DNA from: Hormiphora californensis
Lineage: Eukaryota > Animalia > Ctenophora
Assembly (NCBI GenBank): GCA_020137815.1
Contig: CM035358.1
Coordinates: forward strand, 5,084,001 to 5,148,000
Reading direction: 5' to 3'
Length of the DNA: 64,000 bases
Both the position numbers and the translations under genes were made by a program. Shown here one piece after another: positions 49,655 through 64,000 of the stretch. Under the pieces are notes generated by a model. It had not been told where the DNA came from and searched no databases. It saw only the letters and a list, made by a program, of their open reading frames with translations. Positions within the stretch are counted from its first letter, which is position 1. Each line of letters starts with the position of its first letter.

Positions 49655-51090
49655 TAGAAAAGATAAGAGAGAGAGATAGATAGAGAAGAGGGAGAGACAG
49701 AGAGAAACAAAATACAGTATAATTATTAGTTGACGATTCTAAAATGATTAACATCATGGGCGGAGAATTCCTACAATCCTTGATATCTATGAAACAAGAT
49801 CAGGACGACGCGGGCAGTAGTAAATATTACTAAAAGTGTAGTAAATATTATGTAGGACGAAAAGGGATATAAAGCGATAGTGTGAGAGAGAGGGCTAGAT
49901 AGAGAGAGAGAGACATAGATAGGCAGAGATATAGTAATTGATTACCACGAAGACCTTGGAATTCGTGGGTAGCTTCCTTCTAAAAACATTGAATCTTGCC
50001 CCCTCACCTTTTGACCATCATGAATAATTTGGCATCGGGAGATCCAGGGGAGAAAGAAAGAAGGATATAGAGAGACAGGGAGAGAGAGAGAGTTCAGAGA
50101 CTTAAAAAGCAGAAGAGAGGCCGCAAATTGAAGTTCAGAACAGGGGCGCCATGATGGGGTTAAGAGATGTAGGAACATATATCGAATAGAGAAATGAAGA
50201 AGAGAAAAAACGTGAGATGCAAAGATAAAAGAGAGAGATGAATAAGGGGTAAATAAGAGTACTAGGGCATACTCGGCATTGGGAAGTGAAGCGAAGAGGT
50301 AAAGAGATTATAATGGGGCTGGGTGTGGGATATATTGTAGCTACTAAAATTTCATTTTTCCTTGTGCAAAAGATAATATTATCGGTGACTCAATTATTGA
50401 ACAGTTAAAATAGTTTCATTCCTTCTTAGAACATACAATGAGCATGAACATGAGCAATACTGCAGATGGGGTGATTAAAAACACAAAAAGGGACTGAGAA
50501 AGAGCAATAAAGCTGGGGTGATTGAAAAGAGAAAGAGGAAGTAGCTGCAATAATGATAATTCAACCCCAATTCAAACGGGGCATATTATATAAGCAAACA
50601 TATATGTGTATGGCTTGTCACAAGGAAATAGATTTTGCACGTTCCCAGACTCATCTATACGAGAGAGTAGTTATGTTATTGAGAAGGCCGTATGTTCCAT
50701 CCTGGAGCATACGGCCTTTGAATACATATAAACCGGCATAAGGCATGCCGTGAATAACTGTATATCCAGTGGATCAAGAAAAGGAAGATGCTAAGAAATC
50801 AATCAATTCAAATTTAGGCAGTTATAGTCAAGGATAAAAAGAAAATGTCCAACACTCCAACTCCAAGGGGCAAAATACAAGTCAGGAAGAGGAATAGAAA
50901 ACAAGCCCGGCCAGTAATCCAACAGGGAATGTTTAGTGTAAGACGAGCGCTCGCAACTTAGCAGTATGCATGTACTATGTGTACCCGGAACCAAGTATAA
51001 GGTGCTTCTTAAAATAGCTCACCCCATCCTCCTTCTCTCTCTCTCTCTCTCCTTCTCTCTCTCTCTCTCTCTCTCTCTCCTTCTCTCCTC

Positions 51091-51220
<130 letters not shown>

Positions 51221-51298
51221 ATCCTGTAGCTATAAGAGGCACACGCACACACTTTGGTTACAATGTGCACCCTGAGTTTCCGCCCTCAACCTCAGTGA

Positions 51299-51401
<103 letters not shown>

Positions 51402-52609
51402 ATAGAGGGGTTTAGAGAGAGAGATAGAGAAATGGAGGGTGGGAGCTCTTGGTATCATGTGGCTTGTTTCCTGCCCCAAGATTGGATAGCGCCAAGTTGC
51501 CTCATTGGTCAAATCTCCTCACAAGGGCAGTGCAAGTTCCCTCCTCTCTCATCTCTCTTTCTCATCTCAGTCTCACCCCTTCCGACAATATGTGCATATG
51601 TTATGGTGTGATGTATAAATCTCGGAGCTTTTCCGGGCACTAAAATATAGCTCAGAGAGGACACAAACATACTCCTTCATTCAAAACAAGGATAGTATAG
51701 CCAAAGAGAGTTAGATCGAGCTGATCGATTTGCTAAAACATGTATACCACTACTACAAAATATTCGTCTCAGTACAGATCTGGCTTCCTCACGGTAAAGA
51801 CACGTGTCAGCAAGTGATTCAGTGCAATGAAGCACATCTTTTTAGTTAACTTCAAATATTGTGACTGGGAAGAATCATAAACACGGTGGGTTACGGTGCG
51901 AGCCATGAAGTACGACCAGCCTCTTGTACGTGGCTTCACCATCGTCCACATGATCAGATCGAAAACCTGACCTATTTTTCTGACCCCTATCCAGTTCAAA
52001 CAGATCTACTAGATCTGGTCTAGTTTGGGGCACTATTTCACAAATTCAAAGCGGATCCATTATACTAAACCAACAACAAATTACATCACCAGAATAAGAT
52101 GAGGTGGAAGGGTGAAACATTAGTGCACCCTTAGTAGCAAGAACGGAAAAGCACCGTGCAGTACTATCCAAACAACGTACGGGACAGGAGCGGAAGTTAG
52201 GGACCACCACCACCACCACATGCAGCATGTGGCCGGGCGCATGTTAGTCTAGGGAGGGACATGGGGCTACATATATCCACCAGACATGGTATTCTATGGA
52301 ACTGGAAGGGGGAGGGAGGGGGCTATCCAACACGCATAGTTCTCCTGGGAAGTTGTATGGGAACTGGGGAGGGAGGGGGCTATCCATCACGCAGAGTTTT
52401 AGCGACAGGAAGCTACAACTAGTTGAGCGAGCACTGCTGCTTCTTCACCTGTAGTCACAGTACATGTAGCAGTCAAATATGGGACTTTAGATTTCTCTTT
52501 GGTTTAAAGAAATAATTAAACGAGCTGATTTGAATTATGTCATGTATATAAAATAATTATGAAGCAAAGGAAAGTGCAAGTTAAGAAGATGAGAGAGGGA
52601 GGGAGGGAC

Positions 52610-52695
<86 letters not shown>

Positions 52696-52843
52696 GGAGG
52701 GAGAGAGAGAGGGAGGGAGAGAGAGAGATAAGAGGAAGCACAAAGACAAATATTATATGCTTTTTCTTCTCCTTTTTTCAGCATGACCATGTGTTGACAC
52801 AGCAATTCCACACGTGCAGAGGGTTATGCGAAACTTATCCCGC

Positions 52844-53008
<165 letters not shown>

Positions 53009-53206
53009 ATCTCTCTCTCAGTCTCTCACTCACTCTCCCGTTTACTAGATTTTCCTTAAAGATTCCAAGAAAAAGTATTACGCAAGAAATTAAGAAAAGC
53101 ATTCCAAACAAATATCTTGCTTTACTGCCTTAGGCTATAAGCATACTTTTCGTGATGAAAACAAACAAAACGTACTTCTATATTCTACCCGAACCTCCCG
53201 TTTAAT

Positions 53207-53299
53207 TTGGTATCGAAGAAACCTCACACTCAGGCCGCTTCGCGGCCTTCGTTCGGTGCGCTTCACGCGCCGGCAAGGGAGGGGTAACTTCGTTACCAA
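53207..53299. mobile_element. 93-bp miniature element with 9-bp TSD
   Basis: TSD CCGTTTAAT at 53198-53206 and 53300-53308. Imperfect TIR TTGGTATCGAAG / CTTCGTTACCAA. Internal GC hairpin. Confidence 0.8.
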
Positions 53300-54633
53300 C
53301 CGTTTAATAGGATTCATGAGGGTACAACGGTACAAGTAGTATACCCCAAAGTTCCAATACTCATGTCTCATATCCCCTCATGTACATCCCAGGGGCCTGC
53401 AGCGTATGCCAAACTCTACACCGTCAGACTGATGATCTCAATAAAAAATAATGATTCTTAAAATCGAACAGGTAATTAAAAAAACGGGACTATTCAACGC
53501 ATCTAAAGCAGAAAAAAAACAAACTACTGCAGAAAAATACCTTTCCGCTCCTTGCTATATATAACACAACAAGGTCCCATTATAACTCTCTCTCTCTCAC
53601 TTATATGATATGCAATCCAATTTAGGGCAATGCCAAGTCATAGGCAAAATGAGTTTGTGATGGGGGTTTGGGTATGGTCTCATCCTAAAGCAATAGAGGG
53701 ACAGATCATTTGTCGAGGTCATGTTGTAGTCCTGTATAAAAACACAGTATGTGATTAGATGAATAAACATCGAAACCAGAAATGTGAAGTGGGATCAGTG
53801 ACTATTTTTAGATTTTCCAGCCCACAAAATTCGAGGTGCAGATCCTCAACTGCGTACCAGTTAAGTGCTTAGACTTTTTGTTTTGAAGTAGATATTTAAA
53901 ACGGGATACGGCTTTAGATTTTGACAGGGGGTCAAGGGGTTTCTAGTTAAGTAGAATGGTTTTCTTCCCATAACTTACCTTTTTTCATCATCCCCAGGAT
54001 CTTTGCTCCCGTTAGTCGTCATTTTTAATTAACAGTGTTATATCCTGTCACATAACTCTATTAGGAGAGTTGTTTCTAGTGATATTTAGAATTCAAAGAT
54101 GTTTGGGAAATGATCAGTAATTTAAAAATACATTTACAATAACTACAACTGTTTACTGTGAACATGGGACTTGTCACCCAAATTATATATAATTTACAGG
54201 TCCTTTTGTCATCCAACGCGACCGTCAAAATCGTGCGTGAGATTGTTACTTTTAGAATGGGGAGAGAAATTTTAACGGCCGCTGGTGTGTGCGAGTTTAA
54301 AATCAAAATTGTAATTTTAACTTTGGTGTGTGGTGACCCCAATATATGAAAAAGAGACATACTCTTGGTTACGTTGATTGGAAAGATCTTATTGAGAACG
54401 TTCCGACACAACCAAGATGAAGTCTTTATCACTGTATCTATTAGCAACCGTAGACATGTTTGGCTTTTCGAACTGGGTAGAATTTCTACTTTATTAGTTT
54501 GGGTGATTTTACTGGATGTGATTGCATTGGTTTTGATTTTGATGTAAACTGCAAACACAAGCAATATTTTTTCAAAGATTTTCCATATGGAAGACAAATA
54601 CAAATTAAAAATTGGCATGCAAAAAAACTCTCA

Positions 54634-55581
<948 letters not shown>

Positions 55582-55671
55582 TTAATAATAACCTTTCATC
55601 CCATATATCGGATCTTTTTCACTCATATAAATTGTAAATCCCCTATGAAATCGTTGTAAGCTTCAAACTTT

Positions 55672-57060
55672 CTAAGTAGGTGTCACAGTAAACATATCCG
55701 TGGCACTAGACTTCAGTTCGGGAGTGTAATTATTATCTTGTCCCTTGTCATTTAAACTCATCACCTGTGTCACCCTCAGATGAAACGGGAAGTGTTTGTT
55801 TGTATGCGTGGGAGCGAATACAACCACCATATAGATATACCCGGCAACCCGGACAGCCTGTTCAACCAATGTAACTGTTTTTAATCGGATCCACGCTTGG
55901 AGAGCGGTGTTAGCAGCCATTAATATGATAGGGAGAGCCAGTAGCCAAAGGCTGAAGAAACAGCCGAGGGAGATGTAAAAGCGGGCCTTCCGGCGATGAA
56001 CCATGCCCGTCCGGAGACATGAGACAACAAAGTAAAACCAAATGGGGATGTGGATTGCGGCGAGAAGGTACCCCGGTGGAGACTGGTAGGTGTATAGGAC
56101 TTCAGCAGGGTCAAACACAAGGGATTCCCAGAGGATACAAATGGAGACTATCAGTGTGAAACATCCGGTAAAAGTTAAGACAGCTCCTAGGCCACAGATT
56201 GTCAGGGAGGGAGTGACCACGGTGAAACCACTTGAGAGGCAGAGAAGGAGTGCTAGGAAGCAGGTGGTTGATAGTGTTTCGGATATCTTAGCGACTAGAA
56301 TGATCCATTTAGGGGCAGTACCTTCCAGGCCGATTAACATGAAGTGGGTAAACTTCAGCGCCAGATGGAGAATGTAAAAGATGAGGGAAAGCTGAAGAGT
56401 TTTAAATGTTGAATGCCAGAGTCTCCGCTGCCGTAGCAACTTCGTATAAACACAAGTCGTGACAAACAAAAAGAAACATGCCATTAGACTGACTGCCGAT
56501 CCCTCCAAAATCCCAACTTCATCTGCCGAGAAATGTTTCACACTGAACTCCTCCCCATTCGTAAACACCAAATGATAATCAAAATCATGCAGATCGCCCA
56601 CTGACTTTCTGTTACAGTTGGACATTGTAACATACCACCACCGGGCCCGCTGACCCCGTAAATATCTCACAGCCCGGCAAATCCACTTCGATCCCTCCAT
56701 CTGACACCTCCGAGCTGGGGCCACATCCACCACATCCATTGCCGCATCCTCCCTGCTGGAGCAAGGTAGCCCTGACTGGTAAACTGTGTCCCACTGCTCG
56801 GGACTATCGTAGTATAGACTCAGATTAGGACAGCAGGAGACATCCTTATCCCCGCAGCAGGAAATGTTGACCGGGAATGTTATGGTATACTCCAACTTCC
56901 GGAAGTGGGACATGTCCTTGGTGGGGGCGGATCGGAAGCAGAAACGTGCTATAAACTGCCAGGAGGGGACTCCGGTGAAGGTGCCGGTTACCACTTTGGA
57001 GGAGGTCAGGGGTAGGAAGATGGTACAGAGTGTTACCATGGTAACCGTTGAATTCTTCAT
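55672..57060 (-). CDS. TMEM145: TMEM145 (GPR180/TMEM145 family 7TM protein), intronless
   Basis: WQFIARFCF, LYYDSPEQW, RARWWYV, TNG..HFSADEVGILE, DPAEVLYTYQSPPGY and NKHFPFHLR match TMEM145 motifs. Likely ATG at 57060, preceded by TTGTTAG. Confidence 0.88.
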   Translation of the reverse strand: MKNSTVTMVTLCTIFLPLTSSKVVTGTFTGVPSWQFIARFCFRSAPTKDMSHFRKLEYTITFPVNISCCGDKDVSCCPNLSLYYDSPEQWDTVYQSGLPCSSREDAAMDVVDVAPARRCQMEGSKWICRAVRYLRGQRARWWYVTMSNCNRKSVGDLHDFDYHLVFTNGEEFSVKHFSADEVGILEGSAVSLMACFFLFVTTCVYTKLLRQRRLWHSTFKTLQLSLIFYILHLALKFTHFMLIGLEGTAPKWIILVAKISETLSTTCFLALLLCLSSGFTVVTPSLTICGLGAVLTFTGCFTLIVSICILWESLVFDPAEVLYTYQSPPGYLLAAIHIPIWFYFVVSCLRTGMVHRRKARFYISLGCFFSLWLLALPIILMAANTALQAWIRLKTVTLVEQAVRVAGYIYMVVVFAPTHTNKHFPFHLRVTQVMSLNDKGQDNNYTPELKSSATDMFTVTPT

Positions 57061-60000
57061 TGCTAACAAGACATGGATGGAGATATGTCGCAACTAAAAA
57101 ATGTTTGGAGAAATTTTATCGTGTTAATGGATATCAGATCATAAAATATATCTAAGAATGCGTGCTTCAAAAAGGCGTCAGGAATGATGTCTCTCTTCAG
57201 TACACACACACATAACGATTAAGAAAGTAAGCATCAAGATATATCAAAGAGGGGGGAGCTAGATAGCACAACGTTCTGCATGGCGTCAGGACGATCAGGA
57301 CAATTGGTGCTGCACCTGCACCGATTATTCATACAAACACGTCAAATCTCTGGAAGCAATTGTGGTCGAGAGACAGTAAGTTTTATCCACACAATGTATG
57401 ACAATTGTGTATGTAGGATGACAACTTACAAGAGGGAGTCAGGTGGCATATGTTGCCATGGCAACCGTATATACTATGTGCAACAAATATGGTTAGCAGG
57501 GCTCCATGATGCGATACATATATTATGTTTACTGCAGTAGGAATCTCTTTAGTTACCAATGTAATCATCTCTGCCCTGGTATCTCCCCGTGAAACAGGGG
57601 TGGTAAAGAAGTGTATATTTGTATCCTATCAGGCTTCGCCCTGACACTTCTGTGAGCCGAGCGAAGAGAGGAGTCAGTGCAGCAGGCATCACACGCTGAT
57701 AGTTGGAATTGGAATAGCAAGTACAGTGCAGAGACTGGTAAGACTATCATACGACCATACGAGTAACTGGTAGCTTTCCTCGACTTGCTCAGACGCAACA
57801 ATTCCAGACATAGTGTCAGGCGATTCAAACAATCCAACCCAGATTGCATATTACATGCAGCACAAAACATAGTGTGGACTAGGAGCTGCAATAGGCAATA
57901 AAATCAAGGACACTCCTTTGTACACACACGCCCACTATAATACACACGAGAACTCATTACAGCACTAGGACTTGTCGAGTAAGGGATGGTGGGCAGACAT
58001 AAACGGTAAATGTAACTTCTGGGGCGTTCCTGAAACGATCTTCCTCCGTCATTACTGTATGTAGAAACCTACAGTTAATATGGGGATTTGATCGACTCTC
58101 TTGTTGCATTGTACTTCGTTTCACTTTCGCTTGTCTCAGACGCCAAAATAGGCTATTTTCCTTAATAAAATGCAACTTAAATCTGTCTCTAGTTCTCATT
58201 TCCATCACACATGACCTCCCAGTTACCACTGAACTGTCTCTCGGGCCTGGCCTAGTCTCAAAACTAAATTACAGCTACATTTTGATCCAATATTACCCAC
58301 CGCCCCAAGCTGACAGGACAAAAAGAAAAAAATACAGACCACAGACTTTATGACAGGTTGCAACACCGTTCTGTCGTGTGGCAGAGTTTGGTACGCTGTA
58401 ACCTATAGAGCCATGTAACACATGGGGATTTGATCCCACCAAGTCTAGATGTAAATGGTTTCTCCAAAACTACAATATCATATTGATGTTGAATGCCAAC
58501 CGAAATAATGAAGCAATTTCAGAAACTTTTAAAAGAACCTTTCCCTCACTTGACAAGACGATGTCAGTGTCACTTTTCATTTTGACTTTGTCGAGCTTAT
58601 ATGACGACACAGTGAATTATAAAGAATAATAGGTTGACAATTCAAAATGAGGTAATCTTCATGTTTCAGTGTCGTTGAAAATGAATTTTCAGCATGGATG
58701 TACGTTGTACGCACCAATTATAGTATTCTTGACTAAAAAGTTAGCCATTTAAAATCTGTGGGTATTAGGCCATACGCATACTGATCGTGAAGAACATCAT
58801 CAGTTAAAAAGATGAAGTGTGCTCATGGTTTTGATCATCATTGATTTGCAAAAAACTACAGTGTGCGGACCAGTATGATCATCATGTAAGAGCCGGCCCT
58901 GGAGCCGGCTCTTTAGTTGGATTATGATCATCAACAACTAGTGTGCCCACGTTCTGATTTGGGTACATAGTACAAATGTGTACGGCTCTTGCAACATAGC
59001 ATGTTGATTAAAAATATCCCCACACTAAAAGCATGGGGCACAGGGAGCTCTTTAATAAAAAATCTAGACAAAGTAAACTCTTCCATAAATGCTCTGATCG
59101 ATATTGACCACGAGCAAATAATGTTTTGGGTTCATTTTACTTTGGTTTTCAACAAATTATGCTTCGAACGAGTATATCTTTGAGTTGGTTTCTCGTAAAG
59201 TACGTCGCTAGAAATTATGCTTTATCGCTAAAATGTCGCTTTTTTATCACTTAAATAGATATTTGTACGATCAAAGATCATTTGAAAGCATCTGAGTTTA
59301 AAAGCTGAGAAATACATACTCCTGATATATTCTTGCACTACCCTTGCTCAACTCTCTCACACCGTGCCCCGCAAATATTGTGAATACAGAGGGTTAAAAC
59401 ATCGTCTGATCTCTATGTCGGAGTCAAAACGCATAAATTAGGGAACGATTGCATTGGCCCCCAGAAATCATAACAAAACTCACTTGATTTGACCATGCAC
59501 TGGGCCCCATTTGGCATGACTGTCGCTGCATGTGTCCCTCTAACGGGTGATAATGACGTGTCAAATTGTTCCCCAGTCTTCTTCCTGGCTCCAAGATCTT
59601 GTACACTTCATAGTAATAATTCGTTGCCTCACTTCTATACCAACACCTTCCAATCTCCAGACCACATTTAATCTCTATTATAAGTTGGAGTTGTCGCGTC
59701 GTGATGACCGTTCGGCGTTCGTTCAGTGCGTTTCTACGCGACAGTGCTCCTCCATAAAACACTTTATATGACGAAAGCTGTTGCTCACACTTTTGGAACT
59801 TCCAGTGGAAGTTTGTTAATATTTTCGAATGACTTTTAACATGCCAGTCCCCATAGTTACCAATTCAGTTGCCATGGCAACCGTGTTATTGACGTTGAAA
59901 GGGGCGAAAAGAGGGGCGAAAAGCCCTTACTTGAGGAGCACCGAATGGATGCGCTAGTAAATTAAATCAAGGATATGAGCTGCCATGTCCGTATGATTTA

Positions 60001-61034
60001 TTTAGATCGTCCCCGTTTGATTCCAATTTGTGTATATAACTTGCATCTAATGAAGACGATTAAACATTTTGTGTTTTTATCACAATTCCAAGAACCTAGT
60101 TTAGCAGAATATTAGACACACATATTGGGTATCATATTCCAGCACCCGTGCAGCATATAATACCCATATCTTATCGGACCTGTTCTTTACCATAGTAACA
60201 TATACCTATTGCTGTTCGAGTGTCCCATCGAAGGTTCGAATATATATTTCTCCTCCTCTCTTTTTGATAAGACTAAACGCTTTTACAAGGCATATATCAC
60301 ACAGGGTCACAGGACGCTAACAACAACGTATATTTGTCAGCGACCGGCTCATTCTAAATATTCCTCTCAGCATTCCTCCTGTGAGTAATTCTATCTGTTC
60401 TAACAGAGATATTATATACTTGTTCGACCCTCTCTCCGTGCCCCGAACATAACAAACATGTACGTGTTATCTTAGCTAGGGGAGATATTGTTTTGAATCT
60501 GCCCAGTGGGGCGTGGGAACACAGCTTGTTATGTTCTCCCTTTACATTTGTTAAGGAACTTTGCTCGCGAAAAGGGGTCGAGCTAGGCATCCCACAGCGG
60601 CACAGCTTGATACGTATCTTCCATTCTTTCCATTTAATAGTCTGAGTTATATTTTGAGGAGAGTAGTTTAATTCTCGGAGCTTTTAAGCGGAATGAAACA
60701 GCTTTAGGGGCGCTGGCTTCCATTAAGCCTGAGATGTTAAAACCAATTTCACGTAAACTCCATACTTGATACAGTAGTATATTGCAATAGCTTACGTGAA
60801 ATTGTTTTCAGTAGCTCCATGTCCATACTCCATGTCACTCCACACACTTGCTAAAATCCTTTCGTTTTTCCTTTTACCGCGTGTGAACGCCCCTGTTTTT
60901 CGACACTTCGATTTTTTGAGCTGTGGTTCAGCTGATCCTTCCAAATTAGTAATCCCATATAATTTAGTAAGCCGTTATAATGAAATTATAGAAATTAAAA
61001 GCGAGATAAAATAGCATGCCGGTGATTAATATAT

Positions 61035-61483
61035 GGGGGGAGACACACCATGAGGTTGGTCGCGCGCGTTCAACTCTCAACCTCGCGACACACACTGAAG
61101 TTCAAAGTTCGAAGTTTCGCGGAAAAGTTCGTAGTTTCGCGAAAACCCATTTTCGGCTGAGAAATCATTTGCATTTGTAAGATGCTAGTTAATTCACTGG
61201 TACATCTCTCGAGGTGTCCTTTATCAATACCGGGTCAATTTCACCGTTTTTAAAATTTTTGGTAAATTGGGACAACTGTGACCGGATTTGCCAAAAATTT
61301 CAAAAACGGTGAAATTGACTCAGTATGGATAAAGGACACCTCGAGAGATGTACCAGTAAATAAGTTAGCCTCTTACAAATGATTTCTCAGCCGAAAATGG
61401 GTTTTCGCGAAACTTCGAACTTCAATGTGTGTCACGAGGTTGAGATTTGAACGAGCGCGCCCAACTTCAGTGTGTCTCCCGCC
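61035..61483. mobile_element. Harbinger-like palindromic MITE, 449 bp
   Basis: Long imperfect inverted arms GGGGGGAGACACAC.. / ..GTGTGTCTCCCGCC, with a 3-bp flanking repeat TAT. Confidence 0.85.
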
Positions 61484-62025
61484 TATGTGATAATGAGATA
61501 TGCAATCATATTCCATTTACCAGGTTGATGTGAGACATGTGATTACAGATTCGATACCATGATCATGAGATACACACCGTCTGTATCAAAATAATCAAGC
61601 GTATTAGAACATAGCTGAAATTAGGGATCAAGATGATATTTGAAGAAGTATCTGTATACAGCGAGATAGGTATCGATACATGCGATCGTTCATGATAGCG
61701 CTGGCAAGCGCCCGACGCCATTCTGAATGAGAGAGAAAGTACCGGACGTTGATAATCATGGAAGAACAGATCAAGATTGAGTAATACTGAATTAGAGATG
61801 ATAATCTTATAGATGATTGGGATATCTAATGCCTCTTCAACTTAGAGCTGATGTCCCTATAGTTGGTTGTGTAGTTTACTTCGCAGTAGAGCTGCATATG
61901 GAATGAAAATACAGTTCGACCGTTGTTCTGATTTGATTGGGAAATGATGTGAATGCTTCGATATTTCAGAGATCTTTCACCCCGAAATATATATATATCT
62001 GATACGCTGATTGCCTCTGATAAAC

Positions 62026-62510
62026 GGGGGGGGGGCCTGCCGCAAGAATCTCATGCCTCATTGGCGATTTTCAGGGTAGCTGGGATTTTTGAGATTTTTG
62101 ATTTTTGGCTAAAAAACGTGGGATTTTTGAGATTTTTGAGGAAAATTTGCGATTTTTCGGGGGAAACCCGCAAATTTTTCTCAAAAATCTCATAGAAAAG
62201 AAAAATTTCCATTCGAAAATTTGGAATAGAAACAATCCTTGTGTTTTTCTACCAAAAATCAAAATTCTGAATAGAAATTTTCCTTGTGTCCTAGTACAAA
62301 AGTTAATGTGAAGCTAAAACATGAAATCTACCTATTTAAATTACTAAACTGCTATTATGATTCAGTTTTAAGCTAAAAAATATGTCGAAAAACTGAGTAC
62401 AATTGGCAGCCAAAATTGTGCCAATTTACCACAAAAATCTCAAAAATCTCATCGGCCGAAAAGAGGGTAGCTGAGATTTTTGCGGCAGCCCCCCCCCCCC
62501 CCCCCCCCCC
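62026..62510. mobile_element. MITE with poly-G/poly-C termini
   Basis: G10-CCTGCCGCAAGAATCTCA ... TGAGATTTTTGCGGCAG-Cn, flanked by ATAAAC on both sides. Confidence 0.7.
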
Positions 62511-62518
62511 ATAAACTT

Positions 62519-62881
62519 GGTAAGCGGTAAATACTCACTCGGTTCTTCACATTTTTTGGACTTTTTTGGCCATAACTCAGCCATTTCTTGACCAATTTGC
62601 AAAATCTTGGGCTCATTGGAAAGAAGACATTGAGAGCTTTCCAATGAGCCTTAGAAAATGAAAATCGGCGCAAAATGCGCGGCGCTATGGCGAAAACGCG
62701 CATTTTACGCCATAACGCCGCGCATTTTGCGCCAATTTTCATTTTCTAGGGCTCATTGGAAAGCTCTTAATGTCTTCTTTCCAATGAGCCCAAGATTTTG
62801 CAAATTGGTCAAAAAATGGCTGAGTTATGGCCAAAAACGTCCAAAAAATGTGAAGAACCGAGTGAGTATTTACCGCTTACC
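62519..62881. mobile_element. Near-perfect hairpin MITE (363 bp) with 9-bp TSD (Merlin- or MULE-like)
   Basis: GGTAAGCGGTAAATACTCACTCGG mirrored at the right end. TSD CATAAACTT (62510-62518, 62882-62890). Confidence 0.9.
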
Positions 62882-64000
62882 CATAAACTTATTGCCTTTG
62901 CCCTCTTTCACTTCCCCGAAACTGTACGCTGTTTTCAGATCTACAATAGTGCAATCTTTTTAATCAATCTCATCTCCCCACACACAATGTATGCTTAAGA
63001 TTAGAAACTCGTTTCATCTCCTTCACGGCGTACGTGCTTTAAGGCCAGAGGGGGGTGGGTCCGAGGGTCAAAAAGTATACTTTTCTGAGGTTTACACATG
63101 TGATGTAACTCGGATGAAGGAAAGTTTTTGGTGGGGTAACTGCACGCCCAGTGTATCAGTGTAAACTAAAAAAAGTATGATTCCCTTGATTTGTTAATTG
63201 TTTTCTCTTTCCAAAAGATAGTAATACCGAGCATCTTACGACAAGTATCTTTCTCCTGTGACGGTAAACTTACCCGAGCTATGGTGCACACGACCACACG
63301 TTTTTTGATTGGATTGTAAATATACTTTTTCGTAATTTCGTCCCTATAAAGCACGTTGTGCTTTTGGTTTTTTCGCTCGTGTGAACGATGGCTGAGGAGA
63401 ATGGCAGTGGCAGTAGCACAGCCATGTCCGACAATGATTTGTTGTTGTTTCTCAAATGCACAGTTTGTTATTGTATCAAACTCAGCTCTTAGTTATTTTC
63501 TATCGTTCATTGCAGGGAGCTACAGCTGGAGGTATTTGTTGACGTTGGATCTGCAAGTGTGCTAGACTAAATCACTTGCAGGTAGTTTGTAAGTGTGTGT
63601 ATGCACTGCATACATTTGTAAGTGTGTGCATAAGTTTGCAAAATTTCCTTGTGAGCTTTATACCCAGGCATAACTACCTAGATTTGTTTTCCATATTTTG
63701 AGGGTATGAGAATTAAAGTATTCAGTGACTGACATTCAAAGCTGAACCTTGTTCCCTAATTTAACAGAATTATTAATAGAATAATCTCTAACAATAAGAT
63801 AATAGCTGAGACCACTAATAATGTAACTCCTATAATAATTGCAGAAATGGATGTGTTGGATGTGATAAACGAGCTGCTTCACAGGACAATCAGTACTGGA
63901 AACACCACCCTCGATAACCACACAAACTACAGCAATACCACTGAACTAAAGTACAATGATCATGTAATTGTGGTACCCCTGCCCCTAGCCAGCGCTCCTA

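Noticed and set aside
53979-54022. Possible first exon MTTNGSKDPGDDEK with GTAAGT donor (minus strand)
   Set aside because: No convincing downstream exons could be linked.
54076-54618. 180-aa minus-strand ORF
   Set aside because: AT-rich, no recognisable motif or splice support.
57280-60600. Scattered 60-110 aa ORFs
   Set aside because: No family motifs and no phase-consistent exon chain found by eye.
62449-62963. Two near-identical ORFs on opposite strands
   Set aside because: Consequence of the palindromic MITE.

Overview
Eukaryotic (animal) genomic DNA with GT-AG introns, many MITEs and long (CT)n/(GA)n microsatellites. The MITE families look like ones I recall from ctenophore (Pleurobrachia-like) sequence; that assignment is recall, not proven. 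Gene models were rebuilt by hand and are phase-consistent: the 3' end of a class A GPCR (+), probably nested in an intron of a >=16-exon GARNL3 (RapGAP+CNH) gene (-); a secreted/membrane Ly6/uPAR (LU) protein with two paralogous Ser/Arg/Gly-rich signal-peptide first exons (+); an ORF1-only LINE-like element in one of its introns; an intronless MATH+BTB-like gene (-); an endophilin-B-type N-BAR gene with no SH3 domain and two alternative first exons (+); a TGF-beta-like ligand gene (-) whose last two exons occur twice; and an intronless TMEM145 (-). About 3.7 kb (5570-9300) and several smaller tracts are homopolymer-degraded and are most likely sequencing artefacts. The most unusual recurring signal is local tandem amplification of splice signals, including arrays of CTAAC-polypyrimidine-AG modules directly upstream of two start codons, together with duplicated alternative first exons. 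No CRISPR, rRNA or tRNA was recognised.
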